DNA of 64,000 bases from contig CAVOKC010000005.1 in the NCBI GenBank assembly GCA_963696465.1, forward strand, positions 37,562 through 101,561, written 5' to 3'. This document shows, one piece after another, positions 1 through 8,693 of this stretch. The position numbers and the translations under genes are program-made. This DNA comes from an uncultured Gammaproteobacteria bacterium. GTDB taxonomy: Bacteria; Pseudomonadota; Gammaproteobacteria; Thiohalobacterales; Thiohalobacteraceae. Numbering within the stretch: position 1 is the stretch's first letter; every line of letters begins with the position of its first letter. Under the pieces are notes generated by a model. It did not search any database and was not told the origin of the DNA. It was given only the letters and a program-made list of their open reading frames with translations.

Positions 1-224
1 AAGGTCGATTTGCCTGCGGAAAATGTCCCCAGCACGGAGACCAGCGGCCACCAGGTTACCTGTGTCGCGTAGGATTCATCGCGCCCCAGCAGGCCGGTCA
101 CATAACCGATGCTGGACAACTTGCGGAACCCATCGACCGCCTGTACCAGAAGCGGATTTTCAGTTCGCAGGTGCTGTTCGAGGCTGGTGAGGCGTTTGCG
201 TACACTCTTGTTTGGGACAGCCAT
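1..224 (-). CDS. dynamin-family GTPase, N-terminal fragment (continues past left edge)
   Basis: Reverse-strand ATG at 224 preceded by a GGGAGGAGA Shine-Dalgarno. Translation is MAVPNKSVRKRLTSLEQHLRTENPLLVQAVDGFRKLSSIGYVTGLLGRDESYATQVTWWPLVSVLGTFSAGKST. It ends in a GxxxxGKS/T P-loop in a context typical of bacterial dynamin-like proteins. Absent from the ORF track because it runs off the window. Confidence 0.5.
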   Translation of the reverse strand, partial: MAVPNKSVRKRLTSLEQHLRTENPLLVQAVDGFRKLSSIGYVTGLLGRDESYATQVTWWPLVSVLGTFSAGKST

Positions 225-271
225 CTTGTTATCTCCTCCCTCGCTCGCACGGGCACTGTGATCCCGCGCGA

Positions 272-835
272 TTACCGGGGCACAAAGGCATTCATAAAGC
301 GCATCGGTCCAGTCGAATTCTGGATATTTCGCCCCATCGACCGCGTGTCGTAGCGCATCTCGTAGACGGACACTGACATCATTGCCATAGACTGCGTCAT
401 ACGCTCTATGCTCCCAGACATGGCGATGATCGCCACAGTGTCCTTTTCGATGTCTAAGCTCAGCTTGTCGATATTCCCCGAAATATGATGCACATCCTTG
501 GTCACGTTACTGAAATCTCCAGATACCAGATGCATGTCGTCTGATATCACCACCATCCGCTCTGCTATCACGTCCATACGACCCGTGATGTGACTGACGC
601 TGGCGGTCAACTGGTAAATCAGATAGAACCCATAAGCCGCCAGCAGCACGAAGGCGAACAGCAACGGGTAGACGACCAGCTCCCAACGCCGCGCACTCGC
701 TTCAAAGCTGCGCGCGAATTTATCCATAACAGCGGACATGCCCTGAAACTGATCAGCACCACCACGCCCCTCTTCCGCTGGCCCGCATATTTCAGCAGGT
801 GCCTTATCCTCATCGACGGACGTTGGTTTCGTCAT
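272..835 (-). CDS. membrane-anchored hypothetical protein with heptad-like repeats
   Basis: 187-aa ORF with one central TM segment (WELVVYPLLFAFVLLAAYGFYLIYQL). This is followed by repeated ~12-aa units (ITGRMDVIAERM / VSGDFSNVTKDV / ISGNIDKLSLDI / MSGSIERMTQSM). It lies 47 nt upstream of the GTPase gene on the same strand. No family recognised. Confidence 0.5.
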   Translation of the reverse strand: MTKPTSVDEDKAPAEICGPAEEGRGGADQFQGMSAVMDKFARSFEASARRWELVVYPLLFAFVLLAAYGFYLIYQLTASVSHITGRMDVIAERMVVISDDMHLVSGDFSNVTKDVHHISGNIDKLSLDIEKDTVAIIAMSGSIERMTQSMAMMSVSVYEMRYDTRSMGRNIQNSTGPMRFMNAFVPR

Positions 836-903
836 GTCTTATACAACCTTCTATATAAGATTTCTGGAACTGTGTGCGTCCGTGCGCGTAAGCTCCGCCG
901 GCT

Positions 904-1239
904 TTATCCGCCGCCGACGACACCGGACTCCCAAATAGCCCGTGCGCGCGCTGGATCCAACCCGTCCAGGATCATGAGCATATGTCGCGCATGCGGAATG
1001 TCCCCGCTCTTGGCGAGACGCACCACCGCACCCGCATAGGCTTCAGCCGCTTCGTTCCAGCGCCCCTGCATGTAGTAGAGATTACCAAGTTCACCGAGTG
1101 GCTCCGCGGCAGACGGATCATCTTTGGCAAGTTGCTGATAGAGTTGCTCTGACCGCGGAACATCCTGTGCCCAGAACGCGGCGCGCGCGGCATCCAACGA
1201 GGCGACGCTCTGCATAGCTGGCGCTGCACTGCGCTCCAC
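904..1239 (-). CDS. TPR-repeat protein
   Basis: 111-aa ORF with TPR-like helices (EQLYQQLAKDDPSAAEPLGELGNLYYMQGRWNEAAEAYAGAV). Confidence 0.5.
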   Translation of the reverse strand: MERSAAPAMQSVASLDAARAAFWAQDVPRSEQLYQQLAKDDPSAAEPLGELGNLYYMQGRWNEAAEAYAGAVVRLAKSGDIPHARHMLMILDGLDPARARAIWESGVVGGG

Positions 1240-1259
1240 ATCGGTGTTCGATTGGGGCT

Positions 1260-1649
1260 CTATAGCCGGAGGGGCCGCTGGCGCGGGAGACTGAGCGCCG
1301 CTGGCGCGGGTTCAGGTCTAAACTTCGGCTCGGCCGCGGGCGGCACGAAAGATTCAGATGACTCCTGGTATGGGTTCACTGGAGCCATCGCTGGCCCTGG
1401 TGCTGCCGGCATCTCGGTGACAGGTGCCGGCACGGCCATAACCGGGGGAGGCGCCGGCGTCGCAGTCACCGGCCGTTCTTCCTGGAGTCGTGGCATCTGC
1501 GCCGGTTGCTGTTCAGGTGCCGACGCAGTAAACCAGCTTGGAAATAGCTCAGCACGGAAGTAATAGCCGATGCCAGCCAGTATTGCCAAGGCTATCAGCA
1601 GACTCTTGCTGAGGATGCTTTGTACGATTTTCATGTCGGCAGTCTCCAA
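1260..1649 (-). CDS. membrane-anchored Pro/Ala-rich protein
   Basis: 129-aa ORF with an N-terminal TM anchor (ILSKSLLIALAILAGIGYYF) and a Pro/Ala-rich tail. It is 12 nt downstream of the preceding gene. Confidence 0.45.
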   Translation of the reverse strand: METADMKIVQSILSKSLLIALAILAGIGYYFRAELFPSWFTASAPEQQPAQMPRLQEERPVTATPAPPPVMAVPAPVTEMPAAPGPAMAPVNPYQESSESFVPPAAEPKFRPEPAPAALSLPRQRPLRL

Positions 1650-1661
1650 TGTATTACGTGA

Positions 1662-2469
1662 CTAATGCTGCGCTGGCGTCTTGATTGTTTTGTCAATCGC
1701 CTCGCTGCGTGATTGTGCGGGGATCTCCATACGCCGGTATCCGGCGGGTATGACGAAGAGCCCTTCAGGCTGCACTGCAATCTTGATATTTCGCAATTCT
1801 CGATAACTTCCATCTGTCAGCTCCTCGCGAATTGCAATCTGGAGCTGTGGGTCGTACCACTGAAAGATCCGTTGTGTTTTACCGTCAGGCTGCACGATAG
1901 ATTGCTCCCAGTGCTCGACTTGACGCCCGTTCAGCCACGGTTGGCCACGCAGTTGTAATTCGGTAACGCTGCCGTCAGGCCAGAGTTGTCGCAGTGGCAT
2001 CTGCCGTTGCGGATCGATCCAGTGCAGACTGCGTTCAGTCTTGCCATCGCGCTGTGCGGTCATTTCCCATTTATCGACCGTGATGCCGGACATTGTTTGC
2101 TGTCCGAGATGTTGGCAATGCAGTTCGCGTGCACCCAGACATGGGTTGGTGTCTTCACCCGCACGCCGCTGTACTTTGTTCAGCTCCGCCGCCGCGCCGC
2201 TTTCGATATACGCACGCTGTTGTGGTATCAGGAGGATTGTGCGTCCATGCCCCCAATCCACAATCTCAGCCACCGGCTGCCCTTCCACCAGGTACTCCAT
2301 GCGCACACGCTCGTGACCGACATACATATGCGCCATGCGCATCCGCTCGTCAGAACGAGGTTTGCACTGTCTCGGCGGAAAACTCCATCGCCGGCCCTTG
2401 CGCATGAGGTGCCGTTGCAATCAACGACAACACCATGGCCAGACCAACGGAGGAACGTTTATACGCCAT
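1662..2469 (-). pseudogene. periplasmic LolA-fold/DUF4412-like protein (frameshifted as assembled)
   Basis: ORF 1662..2420 has no signal peptide. An ATG at 2469 in another frame encodes MAYKRSSVGLAMVLSLIATAPHAQG (a Sec signal) and stops after ~40 codons, so one indel near 2350-2400 would join the two. The body (WIDPQRQMPLRQLWPDGS, FQWYDPQLQIAIREELTDGSY) looks like a periplasmic beta-protein. Family assignment is from memory only. Confidence 0.4.
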
Positions 2470-2568
2470 TACCTCTGCCTTACGGATGTCGCCCAACCCC
2501 TGTTGAGCGACACGCTGAGATTAACGAGCGAGACCCGCAGCCTATCTGCGGGCCCCTGCTCGATGTCA

Positions 2569-3101
2569 CTACCGGTTGCCAGCCGGACCCTGCTGCGGCA
2601 CCTGCTGCGGCGCAGCTTGCGGAGGCTGCCCACCATAGCCACCACCGGGATAACCATAGGCGGGCGGTGCACCATAGCCATAGCCACCACCGGGATAACC
2701 ATAGGCGGGCGGTGCACCATAGCCATAGCCCGGACCACCGTAGCCAGGCCCGGACCACCGTAGCCATAACCCGGACCACCGTAACCATAACCCGGGCCAC
2801 CGTAATAGCCGGGACCGTAGCCATAGCCACGACCACCGCCGTATCTGTTATCACCGTAGTAACGATTATTGCCACGACCATAGCCACGACCGCTGCTGCG
2901 ACCGCTTCCGCTAAAGCCCATGTTAAAATCACCGTCGCCGAACATATCGCCAGCGCCGCTGCCGTCACCATAACCATCGTTGTAACTATCGCCCCAACCG
3001 TCACCGTCGTCCCCCCATCCCCATGCCTGGACAGACGAGAGTGGAAGCGCCGTGAGGCTCGCGATGGCCGCTATCAACATTGTCTTTTTGAGTGATGTCA
3101 T
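2569..3101 (-). pseudogene. secreted Gly/Tyr-rich low-complexity protein (one frame break as assembled)
   Basis: Reverse ATG at 3101 gives the signal peptide MTSLKKTMLIAAIASLTALPLSSVQA. An acidic WGWGDDGDGWGD stretch follows, then GYGYGGPGY repeats. The frame breaks near 2745-2750. The alternate frame continues GYGYGAPPAYGYPGG x2 ... QQGPAGNR to a TAG at 2569-2571. Confidence 0.6.
2641..2730. repeat. perfect 45-bp tandem duplication inside the Gly/Tyr-rich gene
   Basis: accaccgggataaccataggcgggcggtgcaccatagccatagcc occurs twice back to back (2641-2685 and 2686-2730). Each copy encodes GYGYGAPPAYGYPGG. Confidence 0.9.
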
Positions 3102-3294
3102 TGCTTGATCCTCTGATCTAATTGAATTTGACCGACACAACAATCGTGTCACCTTCGCCCTCGGTTGTGCCTCGTAACAGTGAGCGGAGGGAAAGCACTC
3201 ACTGTTGGCTGATTCCTATGCGCCTTCGCGATCCATGCCGAACCTCGAAGCGCTTGTTACACCTTCATCTCGATGACTAAACCTCAGGCCATTT

Positions 3295-4190
3295 TCAGCG
3301 GATGATCGGCCATGCCGCGCCCGGATAAGCACCAAACGGCATTCCTCCCCAACCACCCGGCCACGCGCCGGTGCCTGGATACCCTCCACCGAAGCCGCCT
3401 GGCCAACCACCCGGATACTGGCTTGGGTATTGGCCCGGGTATGGCTGGTACTGGCCCGGATACGCGCCGGCAACAGCACCGCCGTAATACGGCGTATTCG
3501 GTACTGGTCGCTGACTGCTACCGTAAACTTGGTCATACGGTGTCACCACGGGCGGTGATGTAGCAGTGGCACGCGTTTCGCCCTCAAGTGGGCGGTAGCG
3601 CCCAGCCGTCGTGTTACCTCCTTGAGCAGCCGAACCCAAAGGTTGGCTGGTAGCCCAACTGTTCGCGTAATGATCTCGCCGTTCCTGCACGAGCCAAGGG
3701 TTGTCGCTCTGACTCGGGGCTGGCACCGGTGTCGCCGCGCCATACTGCGGGGCTGTTTGCGAATACACCTGTGGTTGCTGATATGTCTGTGGCTGCGAAT
3801 ACACCTGTGGTTGCTGATATGTCTGTGGCTGCTGATACGTCTGGGCTGCTGATACGTCTGTGGCTGCTGATACACCTGCGGCTGCTGATACACCTGTGGC
3901 TGCTGATACACCTGCGGCTGCTGGTACACCTGCGGCTGCTGGTACATCTGCGGCTGCTGTGGCGCACCCCAAGGTGCCTGTTGTTGGATGCCCTGCACAT
4001 ACCCCGGCATGGGGTATGTGCCTATTGGCAGCGTTGGCTGCTGTTGCCCCGTTATCACCTGTGCCGGAGCGGCGCCATTGCCATCGCCGCAGCCACTGAT
4101 CATCAGCACCAAGCCCACCGCTGCTAAGCGGCCGCACACAACACTGCGATTGCACTGCAGGGTTTGTGTCAGTGGCACAGACATGCGCAT
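3295..4190 (-). pseudogene. lipoprotein with QQPQ(V/T)Y tandem repeats and a Gly/Pro/Tyr-rich C-terminus (one frame break)
   Basis: ORF 3543..4190 starts MRMSVPLTQ...AAVGLVLMISGC (lipobox ISGC) and runs into (QQPQVY)n. ORF 3295..4329 carries the continuation ...YQQPQTYQQPQVYSQ...YPGQYQPYPGQYPSQYPGGWPGGFGGGYPGTGAWPGGWGG. The switch coincides with a 17-nt unit (gtctgggctg instead of gtctgtggctg, ~3843) in an otherwise 18-nt periodic array. Confidence 0.6.
3761..3960. repeat. 18-bp periodic coding repeat array (QQPQVY/QQPQTY), including a perfect 36-bp duplication
   Basis: gaatacacctgtggttgctgatatgtctgtggctgc occurs at 3761-3796 and again at 3797-3832. It is followed by about nine further ctgatacacctg(c/t)ggctg-type units. 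Confidence 0.85.
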
Positions 4191-4199
4191 CCACCCCGG

Positions 4200-5171
4200 C
4201 TATTGTCCGTAGCCCGGCGGCGGTCCGTAACCCGGCGGCGGCCCGTAGCCCGGCGGCGGTCCATAACCCGGCGGCGGTCCATAGGCATAGCCACCCGGCG
4301 GCGGATACGCACCCTGATTGGGATGCCATTGCGGACCGGGCGGCGTATAGGCAGGCTGGTCATTGGCCGGCGGTGCCGTGATAACCGGCGCCGGCGCCTG
4401 CGCCTGCGGATACGGCTGTCCGTACTGAGGTGCGTAACGTTGGCGTTCTGCTTCCATGGCTTGATCACGCATACGCATCTCTTCATTACGCGCCTGCATT
4501 TCTTTCTGCAGTTCAGCTTTGCGCTGTTCCATGTCCTTCTGGATTTGCGCCTCGCGTTCCTGCAATTCTTTGTACAGCTGATCCTGCTCTGCCTTGTTAT
4601 CTGGCCACGCGGAGGAACCACGTTGCTGCCAGGCCTGATCGTGCCGTGCCTGTGCTTCCTGCATGCGCTTATCCATTTCGGCTCGCCGCTTGGCCTGCTC
4701 GTTCATGAAATCCTCACGGGTGATACCGCCCCGACGTTGGTATCTGTCCGACGGAGACGGCGGCGTCCATGCCGGTGCCGGACTGCCCGTTTGCGGCTGC
4801 GTGCCTGCCGATTGGGCTGGTGCCGATTGTTCTGGTGCGGGTGGTTGCATGCGTCCAGCGTCGAGTTCGGAATCCGGACGGAAACTGGGCGGCGGCATCT
4901 GGCCATAGGCTGGTGGATAACCCGGAGCTACCGCTGCAGGTGCGTACGGACCTGGCGGTGGCGGCACACTGTTCGGCTGTGGAGCATAGGTGTTGCCACC
5001 GGGCGGCTGCCCCCAGCCTGGCGTGGCGGTTGGTGCCTGAGCCGGTGCCACTTCCTGAGCGGAAGCAGTACCGACACAGAGCAGCGATACGATCAGCAAC
5101 CCGATACGTTTATATGCGAATCGGCCTGCCTGGTTGTGCATTGCACGGGTTGTTTTGAATTCATGTTCCAT
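4200..5171 (-). CDS. secreted Pro-rich protein with central charged coiled-coil and C-terminal (GPPPGY)4
   Basis: 323-aa ORF. A probable signal peptide begins at the internal Met (MHNQAGRFAYKRIGLLIVSLLCVGTASA). Pro-rich flanks surround a central E/K/Q/R helix (AKRRAEMDKRMQEAQARHDQ...ELQEREAQIQKDMEQRKAELQKEMQARNEEMRMRDQAMEAERQR). The C-terminus is GPPPGYGPPPGYGPPPGYGPPPGYGQ. It lies 9 nt upstream of the next gene. Confidence 0.6.
   Translation of the reverse strand: MEHEFKTTRAMHNQAGRFAYKRIGLLIVSLLCVGTASAQEVAPAQAPTATPGWGQPPGGNTYAPQPNSVPPPPGPYAPAAVAPGYPPAYGQMPPPSFRPDSELDAGRMQPPAPEQSAPAQSAGTQPQTGSPAPAWTPPSPSDRYQRRGGITREDFMNEQAKRRAEMDKRMQEAQARHDQAWQQRGSSAWPDNKAEQDQLYKELQEREAQIQKDMEQRKAELQKEMQARNEEMRMRDQAMEAERQRYAPQYGQPYPQAQAPAPVITAPPANDQPAYTPPGPQWHPNQGAYPPPGGYAYGPPPGYGPPPGYGPPPGYGPPPGYGQ
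4213..4284. repeat. 18-bp x4 tandem coding repeat (GPPPGY)
   Basis: Four consecutive cccggcggcgg(t/c)cc(g/a)ta(a/g) units. Confidence 0.85.
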
Positions 5172-5276
5172 TGTTTATCCTCCAACTCGACGGCGGTTAC
5201 CGTTTAAACTCACGTAGGCACAGTTGCTCGATTCACCCTGCACCCTGAAGCACTTACTACATCCTCATGACGACAG

Positions 5277-8200
5277 TTAATTCATCGCCGTCTTTGGCGT
5301 TTCTTCCTGCAGCTCGGCGAACTTATGTGGATGGAAATGTTTCTCCGCGCTGATGCAACCAAGCGGAATCACCAACATTGTGAACAGCGTGGCGAAACCG
5401 GTACCGAACAACACGCTCGCGGCCATGCCTTGGAAAATCGGGTCAGAGAGAATGGTCGAGGCACCCGCGATGTTGGTAAGCGAGGTGATCAGGATAGGAC
5501 GCAGACGTGTGCGGCCCGCGTTGATCGCAGCTTCGCGGATCGGTGTACCGGCCTCGACTTCGATCTTGACGAATTCGACGAGCAGAATCGAGTTGCGCAC
5601 AATGATGCCGGCCATGGCGATGAAGCCAATCATCGACGTTGCGGTGAATTGCGCACCTATAATCAGATGTCCGGGAATAATACCGATCAGCGTCAGCGGA
5701 ATGGGCGCCATGATCAGTCCCGCAAGTGTGTAGTTGCGGAACTCGAGGACGATCAGACCGTAGATCAGTACCAGCGCGGCCATGAACGCAAGACCCATGT
5801 CGCGGAAGGTTTCGTAGGTCACGGTCCATTCACCGGTCCATTCGAAGCCACTCTTTTGATCGGTGTCCGGCGGACCAATCAGCCCCGCAGGCATGCCGGT
5901 TATCTTCACGCCATCAGGCGTGGTGTAGTTTTCCAGGAGATCCTCAACGCCATACATACCGTAGATGGGGGCGCCAAGAACGCCTTCCATCTCACCGGTA
6001 ACGTATTCCATCGGCCGCAAGTCGACATGGAAGATGTAAGGATCTTCCGGTACCTGGACGAAATTACCCAATTCACCCAAAGGGATGGTTTGACCATCGG
6101 CGGTCGCAATTGGCAGATTATACAAACGACCCAGCTGTGAGCGAACGGCGAGCGGGGCCTGCAAAACGATGTAGGTCGGCTCCAAGGGAGCAGCACGCTT
6201 CACGTCACCCAGCTTGTGCCCTCCCATCGCCATGGACAGATTGCGGTTGATCGCGTCTGCGTTAATTCCACGCCGAGTGGCTTTCTCCATGTCAATTTCG
6301 AAACGCCAATAGCTGAAGGGGTCTGCCATATAGTTGTCGACATCGACCAGATTTTCGACCTGCTCGAACATGGCGGTCATATCGCGAGCCACTTGGCGTC
6401 GGGTCGCTGCATCCGGGCCGTAGATTTCGGCGGCAACGGTCTGCAATACCGGCGGGCCCGGAGGCATTTCCACAATCTGGATCTTGGCGCCAAGCTGTTT
6501 GGCATACGGCGTGAGCAGTTTGCGCGCGGCCACCGAAAGCTCATGGCTGCTACGCTCACGATCATCCTTATCCGTGAGCATTACCTGTATATCCGCATGC
6601 CAAGGCCGCTGACGTAAATAGTAATGACGCACCAGACCATTGAAATTGTACGGCGAGGCCGTGCCGACATAACTCTGCAATGAAGTCACTTCAGGGATGG
6701 TCTGCAATTGTGCTGCGAGCACTTGCGCAACATTCGCCGTGGTCGGCAGCGCAGTCCCTTCCGGCATATTGATGAGGACATTGAATTCTGGCTTGTTATC
6801 GAACGGCAACATCTTCACCGCAACGGTTTTGGTGTAGAACAGAACGCAGGAGGCTGCCGTGAGCGCAATGACACCGACCAGAAAGATCACACCCAGCGTC
6901 CGATGCTCAATCAGTGGTCTGATGATGGGGTCGTAGTAGCGGCTGATTATTCTGTGTGTGGCCTTCTCGCGTTCTTCAGATTTTCGGAATGCCTCGACGT
7001 TGGCGGGCCGCACTCGCATGGTGAACCAAGGTGTGAATATAAAAGCGGCGACCAGCGAAAAAAACATCGCGCATGCGCCGAGCACCGGTATAGGCCGCAT
7101 ATACGGCCCCATCAAACCACTGACAAAACCCATCGGCAGCAGTGCGGAGATAATGGTCAAGGTGGCAAGAATGGTCGGATTGCCAACCTCGCGCACCGCA
7201 TCGATTGCAACAGTCAGTGTGGTTTTGCCTGCCAACATCCAGCGACGGAAGATGTTTTCCACCACCACCGTCGCGTCGTCAACCAAGATACCGATGGAAA
7301 AGATCAGCGCGAACAGACTGACGCGGTCAATGGTGTATTCAAGCGCCCAGGCGGATGCAATGGTGATCAGAATCACCACCGGGATCACGGTGATCACCAC
7401 GAAGGCCGCACGGAATCCCAGTCCAATCATGCACAGGATAGACACGGCAACGGCCGCCTCGAACAATGCCGTCAGCAATTCGTTGACTTTTGTATTAGCA
7501 GTCTTGCCGTAATCGCGGGTGACGCTGACATGCACATTGTCAGGGATGAGATGGCCTTTGAGCTGTTCCAGCTTGGCGAGAATGTCATTGGCAACAGTAA
7601 CGCCGTTAGAGCCCTCTTTCTTCGCCAGCGCGATCGTTACCGCGGGGAATCCCTGTGACGCATACTTCAGCTGCTCGTCGCCCGCCGGGCCGGAGTAGTA
7701 GGTCACCATGCGCTCGGGTTCGGCAGGCCCGTGAAACACCGACGCCACATCGCGCAGGTAGACGGGGCTTCCCTGGTAGCTACCGATTACCAGTCGGGAA
7801 AGATCCTGGGCGTTGCGCAGAAAGGCGCCGCTGTACACCGAAAAACTGGTGTTACTGGATTCGACTGACCCGACTGGCATCTCGGAATTAGCCGAACTGA
7901 TTGTTTGTGCCAGTTGATCCAGGGTGACGCCATACCCGGTAAGGCGTTCCGGCTGTATCTCGACACGAATCTGCTCTTCACGTCCGCCAACCACGAAACC
8001 CTGACCGGTGTTCGGGATTTCCTGTAAACGCTGCAGCACATCCACGCCCAGGGTGCGCAATGCGGCATCATCAACGGATTCTGACCACATAGTCAGCGTG
8101 ACCACGGGTACATCGTCAATACCCTTTGGTTTCACCAGCGGCATCGAGACGCCGGGCGGAATCTTGTCCAGATTGGATTGCAGTTTGTCATGGACCTTCA

Positions 8201-8672
8201 CAATCGAAGGACCCAGCGGTTCACCCACAATAAAGCGAACTGTCACCATGGCCTGACCACGTTCAGTCATGGAGTACACATGCCGAACACCGGGAATGCC
8301 GCTCATGATGCGTTCGAGAGGCTCAGTGACCAGACTTGCAACCTGCTCTGAAGATGCGCCCGGGTACTGGACGAAGATGTCCACCATCGGCACTGAAATC
8401 TGCGGATCTTCCTGGCGCGGCGTAAAGATGAGACCCATCAGACCAATGGCCAGTGCCGCGAAAAACAGCAGTGGCGTGACTGGAGAGTCGATAAAGACAC
8501 AGGCAATCTTGCCGGCGATGCCAAGTGAGCGCGTGCGCTTCAACTCTTCGACATCGTCCGGTAGTTCATCAACGTGAGTGTGCAGCGTTTGGACCGGTTC
8601 CTGAACCGAATCCTGAACTACGGGTTCATGCTCCCGCGGTTGCTCTGTGTTATTGCCGTTGTCTTCAGCCAT
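5277..8672 (-). CDS. RND efflux permease (AcrB/AcrD/AcrF superfamily), intact
   Basis: Uninterrupted 1131-aa ORF with the typical RND layout (TM1, large periplasmic loop, TM2-7, second loop, TM8-12). Conserved-looking stretches include AIDAVREVGNPTILATLTIISALLPMGFVSGLMGPYMRPIPV and GIIVRNSILLVEFV. It has an unusual ~50-aa acidic N-terminal extension. Confidence 0.9.
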   Translation of the reverse strand: MAEDNGNNTEQPREHEPVVQDSVQEPVQTLHTHVDELPDDVEELKRTRSLGIAGKIACVFIDSPVTPLLFFAALAIGLMGLIFTPRQEDPQISVPMVDIFVQYPGASSEQVASLVTEPLERIMSGIPGVRHVYSMTERGQAMVTVRFIVGEPLGPSIVKVHDKLQSNLDKIPPGVSMPLVKPKGIDDVPVVTLTMWSESVDDAALRTLGVDVLQRLQEIPNTGQGFVVGGREEQIRVEIQPERLTGYGVTLDQLAQTISSANSEMPVGSVESSNTSFSVYSGAFLRNAQDLSRLVIGSYQGSPVYLRDVASVFHGPAEPERMVTYYSGPAGDEQLKYASQGFPAVTIALAKKEGSNGVTVANDILAKLEQLKGHLIPDNVHVSVTRDYGKTANTKVNELLTALFEAAVAVSILCMIGLGFRAAFVVITVIPVVILITIASAWALEYTIDRVSLFALIFSIGILVDDATVVVENIFRRWMLAGKTTLTVAIDAVREVGNPTILATLTIISALLPMGFVSGLMGPYMRPIPVLGACAMFFSLVAAFIFTPWFTMRVRPANVEAFRKSEEREKATHRIISRYYDPIIRPLIEHRTLGVIFLVGVIALTAASCVLFYTKTVAVKMLPFDNKPEFNVLINMPEGTALPTTANVAQVLAAQLQTIPEVTSLQSYVGTASPYNFNGLVRHYYLRQRPWHADIQVMLTDKDDRERSSHELSVAARKLLTPYAKQLGAKIQIVEMPPGPPVLQTVAAEIYGPDAATRRQVARDMTAMFEQVENLVDVDNYMADPFSYWRFEIDMEKATRRGINADAINRNLSMAMGGHKLGDVKRAAPLEPTYIVLQAPLAVRSQLGRLYNLPIATADGQTIPLGELGNFVQVPEDPYIFHVDLRPMEYVTGEMEGVLGAPIYGMYGVEDLLENYTTPDGVKITGMPAGLIGPPDTDQKSGFEWTGEWTVTYETFRDMGLAFMAALVLIYGLIVLEFRNYTLAGLIMAPIPLTLIGIIPGHLIIGAQFTATSMIGFIAMAGIIVRNSILLVEFVKIEVEAGTPIREAAINAGRTRLRPILITSLTNIAGASTILSDPIFQGMAASVLFGTGFATLFTMLVIPLGCISAEKHFHPHKFAELQEETPKTAMN

Positions 8673-8693
8673 GTCGATGCAGCGCCTGAGTAA

